Assembly: GCA_050294655.1 (NCBI GenBank) | Contig: JBNKOL010000077.1 | Coordinates: forward strand, 22,428 to 86,427 | From: Sedimenticolaceae bacterium | GTDB taxonomy: Bacteria; Pseudomonadota; Gammaproteobacteria; Chromatiales; Chromatiaceae | DNA: 64,000 nt | Reading direction: 5' to 3' | Position numbers and translations under genes: made by a program | Notes under the pieces: model-generated | Databases searched by the model: none | Told to the model about the DNA's origin: nothing | What the model saw: the letters and a program-made list of their open reading frames with translations, nothing else | Shown: positions 47,431 through 57,624 of the stretch, piece by piece | Position numbering within the stretch: position 1 is the first letter of the stretch | Layout of the letters: the number at the start of each line of letters is the position of its first letter

Positions 47431-48354
47431 TTAAACCGCATAGGCGAGCGACAGAGCGCCTGGCCCCACATGCACACCTGCAGTCGTGCTCATAACCGAT
47501 GTCATAACCTCGATGCCCTTGCTCTGTGCATAGTCTGAAAATTTGCGAATCTGCATGTGGTTGGACATCTCCTCAGGGTCGCCTGCATAACTTAGGGCAA
47601 TGACTTTTATCTTTAGGCCCTCGTCGATGGCGGCGATGGCGATCTGCAGGAGCTTTTCGATGGCCTTGTCGAATCCCCGAGCAGTCATCACCGTCTCGGT
47701 GTTGCCCTGATGCGCCCGGATGATCGGCTTCATGTTCAGCAGTGTACCGGCTTTATAGCGCAACCAACTGACGCTGTTCTCACCTTTCTGGCTGGCGCGT
47801 TTGCGGACATAGTAGAGATCGCGGGGTATCAAAAAGGCGTGAATGCTGTCGCTCAATATATCTGCCTGTCGGCATAGTTCGTCGAAATCCAGCTTCTCCT
47901 CGCGCAACAACCTGATCATCTCGTGCACCAGTACCGCCTGACCGGTGAATAGTGTCTTGCTATCGTGAACGCGTAAATGAAAAGATCCTTTAACCTGTTC
48001 CAGTTTGCGCTTCTGTCGTACTCTGTTCAGCAATGGAAGCTGAGCATTGGTTACATGATCGAAAATCTTGCTTCGCGTGCTGCTTATGGTGACGATCAAC
48101 AGTCGGTTAAATTCGTTCGCCGCACGCTCGGACAGCGTCGAGATAATCTGCGCGGTAGTGGGAGGGCTGGTCTGCGCGGTCAGACGCTTGCTGGCATAGC
48201 GCGAGTAGAAGTCGATGGTCGCAGTTGGATCACGCACATCCAGCGACACTTCTTCGCCGAGTTGTAGATTGATAGGTAAAACTTCGATATTTTGCTCTTT
48301 CAGGTACACGGCGGGTAGATCACAGGCCGAGTCTATGACGACGCCTACACGCAT
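47431..48354 (-). CDS. DegV family fatty-acid-binding protein
   Basis: IDSACDLP, TSPP, ISS, HDSK, KPII, HVGPGAL. Confidence 0.93.
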   Translation of the reverse strand: MRVGVVIDSACDLPAVYLKEQNIEVLPINLQLGEEVSLDVRDPTATIDFYSRYASKRLTAQTSPPTTAQIISTLSERAANEFNRLLIVTISSTRSKIFDHVTNAQLPLLNRVRQKRKLEQVKGSFHLRVHDSKTLFTGQAVLVHEMIRLLREEKLDFDELCRQADILSDSIHAFLIPRDLYYVRKRASQKGENSVSWLRYKAGTLLNMKPIIRAHQGNTETVMTARGFDKAIEKLLQIAIAAIDEGLKIKVIALSYAGDPEEMSNHMQIRKFSDYAQSKGIEVMTSVMSTTAGVHVGPGALSLAYAV

Positions 48355-48744
48355 TCGTATCCTCCTTACTAACTTGTCTGGTATAAAAAAATTGTGTTTG
48401 GATCAACTCAAAGAAGGAAATGTCACCCAAACGATATTCTGTTTAGTTTTTAAAATGTCTCAAGTTTTGAGGGTTAGCTGGCGTAGGGAAAGAATAGACG
48501 GTCTTTTTACTAAGATCCAGCCTATGTTGCTTGAATACTCAAGGACAGATTGTGAATTTAAATCTCTATGGGCTCGGTCGGTTTGATTGATCCACGGAGA
48601 CAGCGGTCGTTAGACTGAGCGGGTCAGAGAGGATAGACGTTGATGTTGGAATTATTTGCTCTCAGCCCAGGATGGAAAAGATTCTAAGATAGTAAAAAGG
48701 CTAACAGTAACGCGAGAAAGTACCACGGAATTCAGGGGAATTGA

Positions 48745-49518
48745 GGAATTCAGGGGACGGTATACCTATTTAAACGAAATCAGCATAAGATCATGCTCTC
48801 GATAGGGAAGTGAAGAGGAACTGCTTTATAGCCGGGATGGCTCGTTTTGTTATGCTCGGATATCCCCACCATGTCACGCAACGTGGCAATCGTCGACAGA
48901 AAACTTTCTTTCATGCAGATGATCATGCGTACTATCTTGAACTACTAGCTGAATATTCAAAATTCATGATGCAGAGGTTTGGGCCTATTGCTTGATGTCG
49001 AAGCAGGTGAATTTGTTCGTGGTTCCCAGTAAGGAGGATGGGCTACACGCGACACTTGGCGAGGTACACCGCCGCTACATACGGTAGATCAATTTTCGAA
49101 AAATATGCGCGGCCATCTTTGGCAAGAGCGTTTTCATTCAATTGCAATGCATGAATCATATCTCATGGACGAGTGTCCGATATGTCGAACGGAGCCCCGT
49201 TGTTGTGGGATTATGCAGGAGAGCGCAAGACTGGGTGTGGTCGAGCGCGCATGCACATCTTTTAGCTGAGGAGGATCGCCTGGTTCAATTGAAACCGATG
49301 TTGAAGCATATCATTGACTGGGACAAATATTTGCCGGATGTGAAGTGCGTTGGTGACCTGCCGCAACAGATCTCGCTCCATATCCGTACAGGATGACATC
49401 TTGGGAGAGAGCTGTTTGTGGTAATGCAGGAAGACATCTCAGGCAGAGAGTTGCTGCCCAAGCGTCCCGCCAGGCCAGCGTCCGATCAGTGGAAATAGGT
49501 ATATTGTCCCTTGATTCC
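48745..49518 (+). mobile_element. Decayed Y1/HUH (IS200/RAYT-like) transposase flanked by terminal inverted repeats
   Basis: Frameshifted fragments PHHVTQRGNRRQ, AYCLM, HRRY, GHLWQERF, YVERSPV, WSS; ~26-bp IRs at 48745-48771 and 49493-49518. Confidence 0.85.
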
Positions 49519-50069
49519 ATTCTTTCTGATAATTCCCGGACTCTGGGAAGATCATGTAGCCGAGCTCCAGCGGCCAGCCTCAGATTGGGGCGTAAACTGT
49601 GTCTCGACACATGGCGATTTAAAGAATATGCGGGGGACAGATTAACCAAACACCGCTTCCCTGCATGATATTGCTCTACCTGTCTGTCAAATAAATAACA
49701 TTTACCCCGCTTGTTATGAGCTCGGAAGCAAGGGGCAAGTGGGTGGAAATATTTCAAAAACCAAGACAGACCTATCTAGCGACTTCACTTTGATAACTCA
49801 TGAATAAGAAGTGTGAAGTGTAGCAAAGGAGCTGCTATGTCAGCCTATTTCATCAACGTATCTATAGCTATAACCGTATGATAATTAATGGAAATAATCT
49901 AAGTGCGCGGCATTCTGTCCAGCCTCCGAGTTTTGGGTGCACCACAAGGTTGTTTATGGCGAGTTGGCCTGATATTGAGCAGAGTGGTGTGCACTCAAGA
50001 ATCACGAATCATACTTTTTGTCATATTTTTGAAAACGCTACGGCAACTGCACTGAACTCCCTTAAATAT

Positions 50070-50085
50070 TGGCACGCAATTTGTA
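50070..50085 (+). promoter_or_regulatory. Candidate sigma-54 promoter
   Basis: TGGCACGCAATTTGTA: perfect -24 box and correct spacing, but -12 box is TTGT instead of TTGC; 45 nt upstream of the SPOR gene. Confidence 0.5.
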
Positions 50086-50129
50086 TCATATTGGTGTCGC
50101 CGGAAAATTGACATTAATGGGAGAACGGG

Positions 50130-50864
50130 ATGAGCTACTTAGAAATCGATCAAAAGGACTTCAAGATTATATTGAGTGTTGCCAGTATTTTGCCGGTCGT
50201 ATGTTTCGTTGGGGGGGTTTATACGGGATCGGCTAGCCAGGCAGGGAAATCCGCTAATGAGATTGTACCCGGACAGGCAATTGCTGAGCGGGATGCAACT
50301 GTGCAAGGTCGATCTGAGATGGGTGGCCTTTATGCCAATCAAATCGAGATTGCTCCAGCAGAGAGCTTGAATCATCGTATAACAACGTCTGAAAAACATG
50401 TTTCTGCGAAGAGCGATAGCACTGAGTACAGGAATGTGCGCAATGACTCAGCAGGTAACTTGGCGGATGTCATGGTCGCTCAAAGTCATTTGTCAACAGA
50501 GAGTCGACAGGGAGGGGCTAATGATTTAAGTATTGGAGAGAGAGCTAAACCAGAACAGATACTGCGAAATGTCACTTCGCTACAAAGCTTCAATAAGTAT
50601 ATGGTGCAAGCGGGTAGCTTTTCCTCATATGATAATGCGATCAAACTCCAAAACCAGTTAGCGGAAAAGAATATACTGTCGCAAATGGCAAAGGATGACA
50701 GTGCATCACTGCCGACATTTTTGGTCATCGTGACTTCATTTGTGACCAAGGAAGAAGCGAAGCGATATTGTCTTTTTGCGGAAAAGCTCTACAAATTAGA
50801 CTTCTATGTCAAAGCCAACGGGCTTACCATGAAAAAGCCGCGCGAAGCCTTTGTGTCACTTTAA
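50130..50864 (+). CDS. SPOR domain-containing membrane-anchored protein
   Basis: N-terminal TM segment, low-complexity linker, YMVQAGSFSSYDNAIKL; GGGAG RBS. Confidence 0.82.
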   Translation: MSYLEIDQKDFKIILSVASILPVVCFVGGVYTGSASQAGKSANEIVPGQAIAERDATVQGRSEMGGLYANQIEIAPAESLNHRITTSEKHVSAKSDSTEYRNVRNDSAGNLADVMVAQSHLSTESRQGGANDLSIGERAKPEQILRNVTSLQSFNKYMVQAGSFSSYDNAIKLQNQLAEKNILSQMAKDDSASLPTFLVIVTSFVTKEEAKRYCLFAEKLYKLDFYVKANGLTMKKPREAFVSL

Positions 50865-51059
50865 ATGAACTAATATGTCGGTACCTTCTCGGGATGTGTA
50901 AGAATGATAGGAGCTATACCGCGGTTTATACGAGTGCAATTTCCCGCGTACTTATGTGTCTCTACTTGGTGTTATAAGGGGATAGAGTGGAATGGCACCT
51001 ACTTAAGCGAAGCGAGTCCGTTTAATGCGGAAGTAGGTACTGAAGCGCAAAAGGTTATA

Positions 51060-51115
51060 GTGCGGCAATCCGCACCCAATGCTTAGATTGCCGTTTGGAT
51101 GCGGATTGCCGCGCC
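51060..51115. repeat. Degenerate REP-like inverted doublet
   Basis: GCGGCAATCCGCACCCAA / TTGGATGCGGATTGCCGC (17/18 complementary); each arm is itself a TGCGG-N4-CCGC palindrome. Confidence 0.55.
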
Positions 51116-51732
51116 ATGGCCATCCGATTCGGGGTGAATGATGGCGTATATGCGCACATGTTTGATTCGCTTTTCATCAGTAAGTACTATCGGGTTAGTG
51201 TAAATGTCTTTGATCTTGTGCTTCGAAGGCGTAGTGTAAGCTCATGATCTCAATGCGTTATGTTTCAACGGTTCAGAGTAGCTTTATCTGGTCCATTACG
51301 TTGTAATGACTAACATTTTACTTTGATCGGGATTTTTCAGGTTTTTTGTATTGTAGAGATTGATGTGTTGTCATTGGTCATTACTCTTGGGGTCATTTAG
51401 CGCTCTCCAATCGTCAATTGCGAACCGCCCATACAACCAGAAAATGTCTCGCAGTTTTTCAGTCATTGAGTTTATGCTCCAGTATGTAGAAAATAAGCAA
51501 ATAATGGTTCTGTAGATTAATTGGATAAAACAATAGAGTAAAAACGCACAAAGTGAAGTAGAGCTGTTTTAGTGGATAACGCAAACATCTCTCATTTAGT
51601 CGAATCCTGGAAGAATTAAGGGAAGGTAATATCATAAATGTTTAAACAAGATGATTATTATAAATGGTTTTTCTGAGTAAGAATATCACTCCATGAATTG
51701 GCGGTATCAAGTGGCAACGGAAGTAGAGTGTC

Positions 51733-52785
51733 ATGCTTAATGGAATTATAGTCAAAACAATCTTTATCTTAATGCTGATGATTTCTATGTCAGTAGAGGC
51801 AAAACTCTATAAATGGGTCGATGAAAATGGCGAAACACATTTTAGCCAAACACCGCCAAGAGACATCTCCCAGGATTATGAAGCACGGGATATTTCGTCT
51901 TCGCCGAAGATGGATCCGCAGTGCTGTACAGAGGTGCGCAAAATTGTCCAGGAAATGTCGCAGCTTCTAAAGAGTGGCGTGCCGCTAACAGAATTGCACC
52001 TTTTGGTTCGTAGTGAGTACAAGGTCGAACTGACTGAGCTTGCTAACTTTGCATCCGAGCGTACGTTGATGGGGTATACGGCGTCTCAAACGTCTGCTTA
52101 TTCATACAGTGTCTGTATGAATGCACGATTCAGCGCATGCAGGCAAACAAGCAACGTTACGCAAGGTAAGGAGTCATCAGGTAGTGGTTTCTGGATTACA
52201 CAAGATACAGTTTTAACAAATGCGCATGTTGTCGATGGATGTAAGACGATTTCCGTCGGAAGAAAGGGTAAAGGCGACATCAAACATACCGATGCTTTTC
52301 GCGATCTGGCTCTGCTCCATGTTACTGGCGAGAGAGGTGCGCCGGTCAACTTTCGCTCCACTTCGAAAATATTCCAGGGTGAAACTGTTGTCGCAGCGGG
52401 GTTCCCGTTATCAGGTATCCTTGCTGAGGACCTGAATGTAACACAAGGTATTGTAAGTGCGCTCGCTGGAGTAAAGGGAGATAAGCGATATTTTCAGATC
52501 ACCGCTCCTATTCAGCCAGGAAATAGTGGTGGCCCGCTTTATGACAAAAAGGGTTCGGTGATTGGTATCGTTACGGCTAAGCTAAACGCGTTACGTTTGG
52601 CCGAGAGAACAGGCGATATTGCGCAAAATATCAATTTCGCAATAAAAATTGGCGAGATTAAACGATATCTCAATGATAGAGCTATGCCTTTCCATGAGGC
52701 ATCATCGGACACAGCAGTGATATCAACTGAAGAAATTAGTACCTATGCGCGTGCGGAAGTTATTACTATACGCTGTAAAAAGTAA
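51733..52785 (+). CDS. Secreted DUF4124 + trypsin-like (S1C-type) serine protease
   Basis: LYKWVDENGETHFSQTPP; catalytic triad TNAHVV, DLALL, QPGNSGGP. Confidence 0.9.
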   Translation: MLNGIIVKTIFILMLMISMSVEAKLYKWVDENGETHFSQTPPRDISQDYEARDISSSPKMDPQCCTEVRKIVQEMSQLLKSGVPLTELHLLVRSEYKVELTELANFASERTLMGYTASQTSAYSYSVCMNARFSACRQTSNVTQGKESSGSGFWITQDTVLTNAHVVDGCKTISVGRKGKGDIKHTDAFRDLALLHVTGERGAPVNFRSTSKIFQGETVVAAGFPLSGILAEDLNVTQGIVSALAGVKGDKRYFQITAPIQPGNSGGPLYDKKGSVIGIVTAKLNALRLAERTGDIAQNINFAIKIGEIKRYLNDRAMPFHEASSDTAVISTEEISTYARAEVITIRCKK

Positions 52786-52894
52786 CTTTCCAATTGTAGG
52801 GTGTCTGGATGGGGTGTTTGGAAGCTGGCTTCTGTATGGGTAATTATCAGTCAACGGTTTGGCGCTGCGTCTCGGTAAGAGGAGAGGTTAATCT

Positions 52895-53272
52895 ATGAAA
52901 CTCATTCCGGCATTAGTGCCTTTCATATCGATCTGCCTGCTCTATGCGGGGATTGCGCGCGCTGGTAAACCGGATTTACTGGAAGCGAGAGCGGAATGCC
53001 ATACGGGGATTCGTTGTAATTTTACGGTGACGCTGCGTCACGCAGATGAAGGGTGGAGTCACTACGCGGACAAATGGGAGGTGATGGGAATAGACGGTAA
53101 AGTGCTTGCTACCCGTATCCTGCACCATCCTCATGTTCATGAGCAACCCTTCACAAGAACCCTAAGTAACGTTGCTGTTCCAAATGATATCAAACGTGTC
53201 ACTATACGTGCGCACGATTCAGTTCATGGCTATGGCGGAGAGACGGTGGAAGTGTCGTTGCCACTCCGCTGA
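52895..53272 (+). CDS. Small secreted His-rich hypothetical protein
   Basis: GGAGAGG RBS, signal peptide, H.DEGW.HYAD.W, HHPHVHEQPF, AHDSVHG. Confidence 0.8.
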   Translation: MKLIPALVPFISICLLYAGIARAGKPDLLEARAECHTGIRCNFTVTLRHADEGWSHYADKWEVMGIDGKVLATRILHHPHVHEQPFTRTLSNVAVPNDIKRVTIRAHDSVHGYGGETVEVSLPLR

Positions 53273-53356
53273 GGGCTGAGTGGTTGGGAAGGATCGCTGG
53301 AATCGCCCTAGGCATATACTGCTCATGTCCAATTCCTCTTCCTAAAAATAGACCGT

Positions 53357-53893
53357 ATGGACAAGTCCCTGATTAAATCATGTGAATTGCCTGACAAGGC
53401 GCTTCTCTGCCGTTATCTGCGTGAAGGCGCCTATACTGACTGCTACTATACTGAGATAGCAGGCAAGATTTCGCAAGCGGATTACATCGAGGCTTTTTAC
53501 ACTACTACGCTTTTCAAGCTAGAAAGAGTATTGTTAGCTTGGTTTATCAGGCGACCATCGGAAGACACGGAGGTCCACGCACTCGCCACGGGTAAAGTTT
53601 CTGAATTTGCCGCATGGACTGTTGAGGGCAGAGAGGAGGATCAATTGCTCCTTTGTGATATTCACGGTCGCACACGGTCGTGGCTTATGTGTCTGCCCGC
53701 TGAGGATAAACAATCTACACGCTTGTTCTTCGGGTCTGCTGTTGTGCCTATCGTTGCTGGTTTAAATGACGAGCCGAGAATGGGTTTCGCCTTTCGTCTA
53801 TTACTTGGTTTCCATAAACTCTATTCAAGGGCACTTTTGCGAGCGGCTGTTTCTCGGCTTCTGCATGCCAAAAAGTTGAACAAACAGTCTTGA
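53357..53893 (+). CDS. Hypothetical protein (DUF2867-like)
   Basis: YTDCY...AFY...FKLER and LGFHKLYSRALL patterns. Confidence 0.6.
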   Translation: MDKSLIKSCELPDKALLCRYLREGAYTDCYYTEIAGKISQADYIEAFYTTTLFKLERVLLAWFIRRPSEDTEVHALATGKVSEFAAWTVEGREEDQLLLCDIHGRTRSWLMCLPAEDKQSTRLFFGSAVVPIVAGLNDEPRMGFAFRLLLGFHKLYSRALLRAAVSRLLHAKKLNKQS

Positions 53894-54020
53894 TGCAACC
53901 TCATGTTAATAAAAAAGTATGATTGATCGCAGCTGATCACATGTGGCCATGCAAATCCGTGCTGCCGCCAGTATAAAAAGGTCTGACACGGATTAAGCTT
54001 TTTTTAGAGGAATTATTCAT

Positions 54021-54422
54021 ATGATGAATCATGAAGTAAATGAAAGCGTAAAAGGACTCACATATTGGGTTGGCATCTCGCTAGTATGTGCGGGATCAAT
54101 TAGTTTAATCTATCTGGCGATCTCGGTTTTTCAGGTGGTTCAATCGCCAAGTGAATCTGAATTGGTGAGCTGGGTCATTACCAGCGTCAGCAATAGTGAG
54201 CTTTTACTCAATGGTCATATGGGTGACAAGATATTCGAGGTGCACGCCAGTCGACCGCTGCACTATTTGTTTCTGGGGATAATCGGACTACTCGCCATAG
54301 GTATACTGGCAAGAGTGGTGGGTGCGCTGATTACTGGTGGTGTGAGCCTAATAAGATTATCAACCGTGGAAATTAAGGGTGTTTCCGACGCTAAGTCATC
54401 GGCTGGCGGCCGTTTGGGATAA
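54021..54422 (+). CDS. Hypothetical two-TM membrane protein
   Basis: GAGGA RBS and two hydrophobic helices. Confidence 0.65.
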   Translation: MMNHEVNESVKGLTYWVGISLVCAGSISLIYLAISVFQVVQSPSESELVSWVITSVSNSELLLNGHMGDKIFEVHASRPLHYLFLGIIGLLAIGILARVVGALITGGVSLIRLSTVEIKGVSDAKSSAGGRLG

Positions 54423-54518
54423 ATGTTCAAATTTCCGTTTGCTGATTTCTTAAGCGGTCCGGTCTCATGGAAGAGGAGCTAAGCTCGCGTCTTTCAAAGG
54501 CTTCCAACCGACATGCCA

Positions 54519-55601
54519 TCAAGCTTCACGTACGAAGCGCAGCAGGGAGTGGCAAATCCCCAGGCCATCGACAGTTTCAACATGACGTAGCCCGTATGGT
54601 TCTGCGCAGGTAACAATGGTCGAGCTCTCATACATTTTGCTGTTTCCGCTGGCGATGGCGGTGAAATACGGTGAGGTATTGATCAGGCAATAGCTTGCGA
54701 TATCGTACTGCTGGCGGTCCCAAAAGGTGTCCAACACCCACACGGAGCCGCCGGGGGCCAGGCAGTCGGCGGCGCGGCGGAATATGTGGCCAATGGCCTC
54801 AACACTGAAGCAGGTCAGAAACTGGCTCATCCACACGGCATCCATATCGGACGGGAAGGGCATGCTGTAATCGAGAATATCGATAGGATGCAATTGCGCG
54901 CGATCATCCACGCCCGCCTCCGTCAGGGTAGTGCGAGCCCGTTCCAATTGTATGGGTAGATCCAGTAGGGTCAGGCGAACCTCGGCGTCGTGGTGCAGGC
55001 ATTGCAGGCTCCACTTGCCGGTATTGGCGCCGATATCCATGAGGCGACGGGGTTTGTGTTTGAACACATGCTCCAGTGCGGTGCCGAAAGCGGAATCGGA
55101 GTAGTAGTGGTCAAAGCGAAACCAGCTCGTGCGGGCCGGTTCCGGCAGTATCGATAGGCCTTCGTAGATGCTTTCCCAGTTGCCAAGGTATTTGAGGCCC
55201 AGCGGCTTCTCTTCGCGCAGACAGGCTTCGAGCTCGAACAGGCCCTGGTAGCAGACATCGTGCACGTAATCCATGTTGATCTGAGTCAGCTCGTCATGCA
55301 GTACATTGTCGCCCACTCGGGTGAGGCTGTAGCGATCGTTCTGACGACGTACCACTCCAGCAGAGAGGGCGGTTTCCAGTAGCACGCTGATGGCATATTC
55401 GGATAAGCCGGTCCGGTTCGCCAATTCGGCGATATTGATGCCGCTCTTGCCGGCCTTATCCACTTTGTCCAGCAGGCCACTCTTCCAGGCGATACGCACA
55501 CATTGAAATACAACCGGTCCGAAGGCGATTTTCTGAGCTTCGAAGCGAGCCGGTAAACCACGCAAATTGGCCGGAGCGAATTCGCTGAGTTCATTGTCCA
55601 A
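54519..55601 (-). CDS. SAM-dependent O-methyltransferase (aryl-polyene ApeB-like)
   Basis: EAQKIAFGP, DVCYQGL, WF.FDHYYSD, DIGANTGKW, LDLP, WMSQFL.CFS; GGAGG RBS before TTG. Confidence 0.88.
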   Translation of the reverse strand: MDNELSEFAPANLRGLPARFEAQKIAFGPVVFQCVRIAWKSGLLDKVDKAGKSGINIAELANRTGLSEYAISVLLETALSAGVVRRQNDRYSLTRVGDNVLHDELTQINMDYVHDVCYQGLFELEACLREEKPLGLKYLGNWESIYEGLSILPEPARTSWFRFDHYYSDSAFGTALEHVFKHKPRRLMDIGANTGKWSLQCLHHDAEVRLTLLDLPIQLERARTTLTEAGVDDRAQLHPIDILDYSMPFPSDMDAVWMSQFLTCFSVEAIGHIFRRAADCLAPGGSVWVLDTFWDRQQYDIASYCLINTSPYFTAIASGNSKMYESSTIVTCAEPYGLRHVETVDGLGICHSLLRFVREA

Positions 55602-56012
55602 GTGAGTGTCCTCCCGATAGAAACGATCATCGGGACCAGAAGAAATATCTCTGGCGGCCTAGATCTGACAGGCGCCTCAAGCTGGCAAATGCAGTACAGC
55701 GCGGGATATGAAGTTTAACGGATTGTGCCACACAAGAAAAATCTCAGGATTCTGTTTGGGACTGTGGAGTCGGGGTAAGTAATACCAATCCATCAGGCTC
55801 TGCCGCTGGACCCCCGGCTGACTGCCCGCTGTCCATGTCGGGTCATGGTATGGGATCATGCAGCTGTTTCTTTATTCGCCGAGAATGTGCTGTAGGTTTG
55901 GCGGCTTGAGTATGAACTCATTATAATCGGCGTGCTGATTGATAAGCAGTGTATTCATTGAGTCGCTGGCGTCTGCCAGGCTCGATTATATTTCCATAGG
56001 AAGGAGCGATTT

Positions 56013-56411
56013 ATGCGTACCTCTTTATTTTTCTCTGTTTTGTTGGGCGGCCTGCTGCTTGCCGGCTGTTCCACTGCCCCGAAAATTGCCCAGGAGAAGA
56101 CCTACGAGTCTGAAGGTGTCAAACTCATCTTCGGTGGTAAATATGACGTCGACCACAATCAGTTGGAAGTGACCGTCAACGGCGATCCCGTCATGCGGGG
56201 CAGTTTTCCTCCCTACACGCCGACGCAGAATTTAAATGCTGAATACAAAGGCATGCGTATCAGCAGCAGCTGCTATTTCGGTTCTGTGTTGAGCAGTGAG
56301 GGTGGCGTATTTGGGAAGGTGGCCGGCGCCATCCAGGCTGCCAAGTCGAAATCCGGTGACAAATGTGAGATTTTCGTTGACGGCAAGTCTGTCGAGAATC
56401 TCTACTTCTGA
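56013..56411 (+). CDS. Hypothetical lipoprotein
   Basis: AAGGAG RBS, lipobox LAGC, two further Cys. Confidence 0.85.
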   Translation: MRTSLFFSVLLGGLLLAGCSTAPKIAQEKTYESEGVKLIFGGKYDVDHNQLEVTVNGDPVMRGSFPPYTPTQNLNAEYKGMRISSSCYFGSVLSSEGGVFGKVAGAIQAAKSKSGDKCEIFVDGKSVENLYF

Positions 56412-56495
56412 ACTTTTTTAACCCTGCTTATCCGCTGCGGGGGCGCGTCAGTCCCCCGAGACCTTCCCTGTTTTCGGCAATCCTATTGATACAGT

Positions 56496-56775
56496 CTATG
56501 CGCGGTGCTTCTTGAGTTGGGCCGTAAACCCGTGGTTGTCTATGTGCGCCGATTCGACCATTTGTTCAGTCGGGATCGGCCGGCTAATAAGAAAGCCCTG
56601 GCCTTCGTTATAACTCCGTTCGGTCAACCGCTGTAGCTGGGGCGCCTTCGGCGAGCACGGACATAATGAGGCAGTGGCCGAGGGCGATGACGGAGTTGGC
56701 AACGCGCTTATCTTTGGCGTTTTCGTGCAGGTTTTGTATGAATGAGCGGTTTCTGTGCCTCGATAAAAAATCCGT
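56496..56775 (-). pseudogene. EAL-domain C-terminal remnant
   Basis: RSFIQNL....D..VANSVIALGHCL.MSVLAEG, then after a frameshift QGFLISRPIP. Confidence 0.7.
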
Positions 56776-56910
56776 TGTTGTCCTTGTGGTAGTCAATGCC
56801 ATCCGAATCGCTCGGATGCTGCTGTATCCTTTTCGTTCGGTCGTCATTAAATTGGCTCTCCAGCCACTGCTCCTGTTTTCTCTCCTTTGAATTTCATCAT
56901 GTCAGAGGCT

Positions 56911-57120
56911 TCAAGCATGCCCATGCTCTGCGTTGCGGCTCTTGACCGGGTCTTCGGTGTATGCGAAGCCTACGTCAGGGTACTCGGCCAATGCCTGCTG
57001 TACCGCCTTTACCTGCGCCAGACGCCAGTCGTTGCCGAGGGTGTCCTGGGCAGAGCCGATGAAAAAGGGGCGCTGGCCGTGGGCCGGGCAGGATAGGAAC
57101 AGCATTGCCAGGACGAATAG
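56911..57120 (-). pseudogene. Periplasmic sugar-binding-protein N-terminal remnant
   Basis: FFIGSAQDTLGNDWRLAQVKAVQQALAEYPDV, like the start of RbsB-type binding proteins; truncated. Confidence 0.6.
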
Positions 57121-57624
57121 CCGACTCCGCAGGTGTGTGGACAGGGGAGGAATTGCGCTGTGTCACCCGTTTCTGGATCATGCTTTGTTTGCACCCGGAT
57201 CTGGATTAGCCTGAGTTTGTTGTGAGATTTGTCTGCGGGTTCACACATATATTGAGCGCAGCCCCCAGGTTGTACCCTGAGTTGGACGTCCCGGCGCATT
57301 TGCTGGCGGATCCCTCGGTTGAGTCTGGCTCGACATAATGCCCATAAATTAAGTAGGAGAATGACCTGGTGATTTCACAGGCCCCCTGTTGATGGCAGAT
57401 TGTGCGGGTGATTACGGGGCGGTGGGAATGTGAGGCAGGGGAATCGCTGCCCGTCGACCGTGGTGGACAGGCAGCATATCGGGTCACGGGCCGCATCAGG
57501 CCTGCCTCTCATGCGTCTGCGCAAAACTGTGAGCTCTCTCGCACCCAAAGGGAGACCCCAAGCATGCCCATATTCGGTGCAAACCAGACTGTTCTATCGA
57601 ATTTGATTCCGGTATATTCCGTGC

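Noticed and set aside
51500-51600. DnaA-box-like words (GTGGATAA, TTGGATAA) in an AT-rich gap
   Set aside because: Only two imperfect boxes and no oriC-type gene context.
51733-54422. Run of short co-oriented genes as integron cassettes
   Set aside because: No recognisable attC (RYYYAAC...GTTRRRY) structures between the genes and no integrase.
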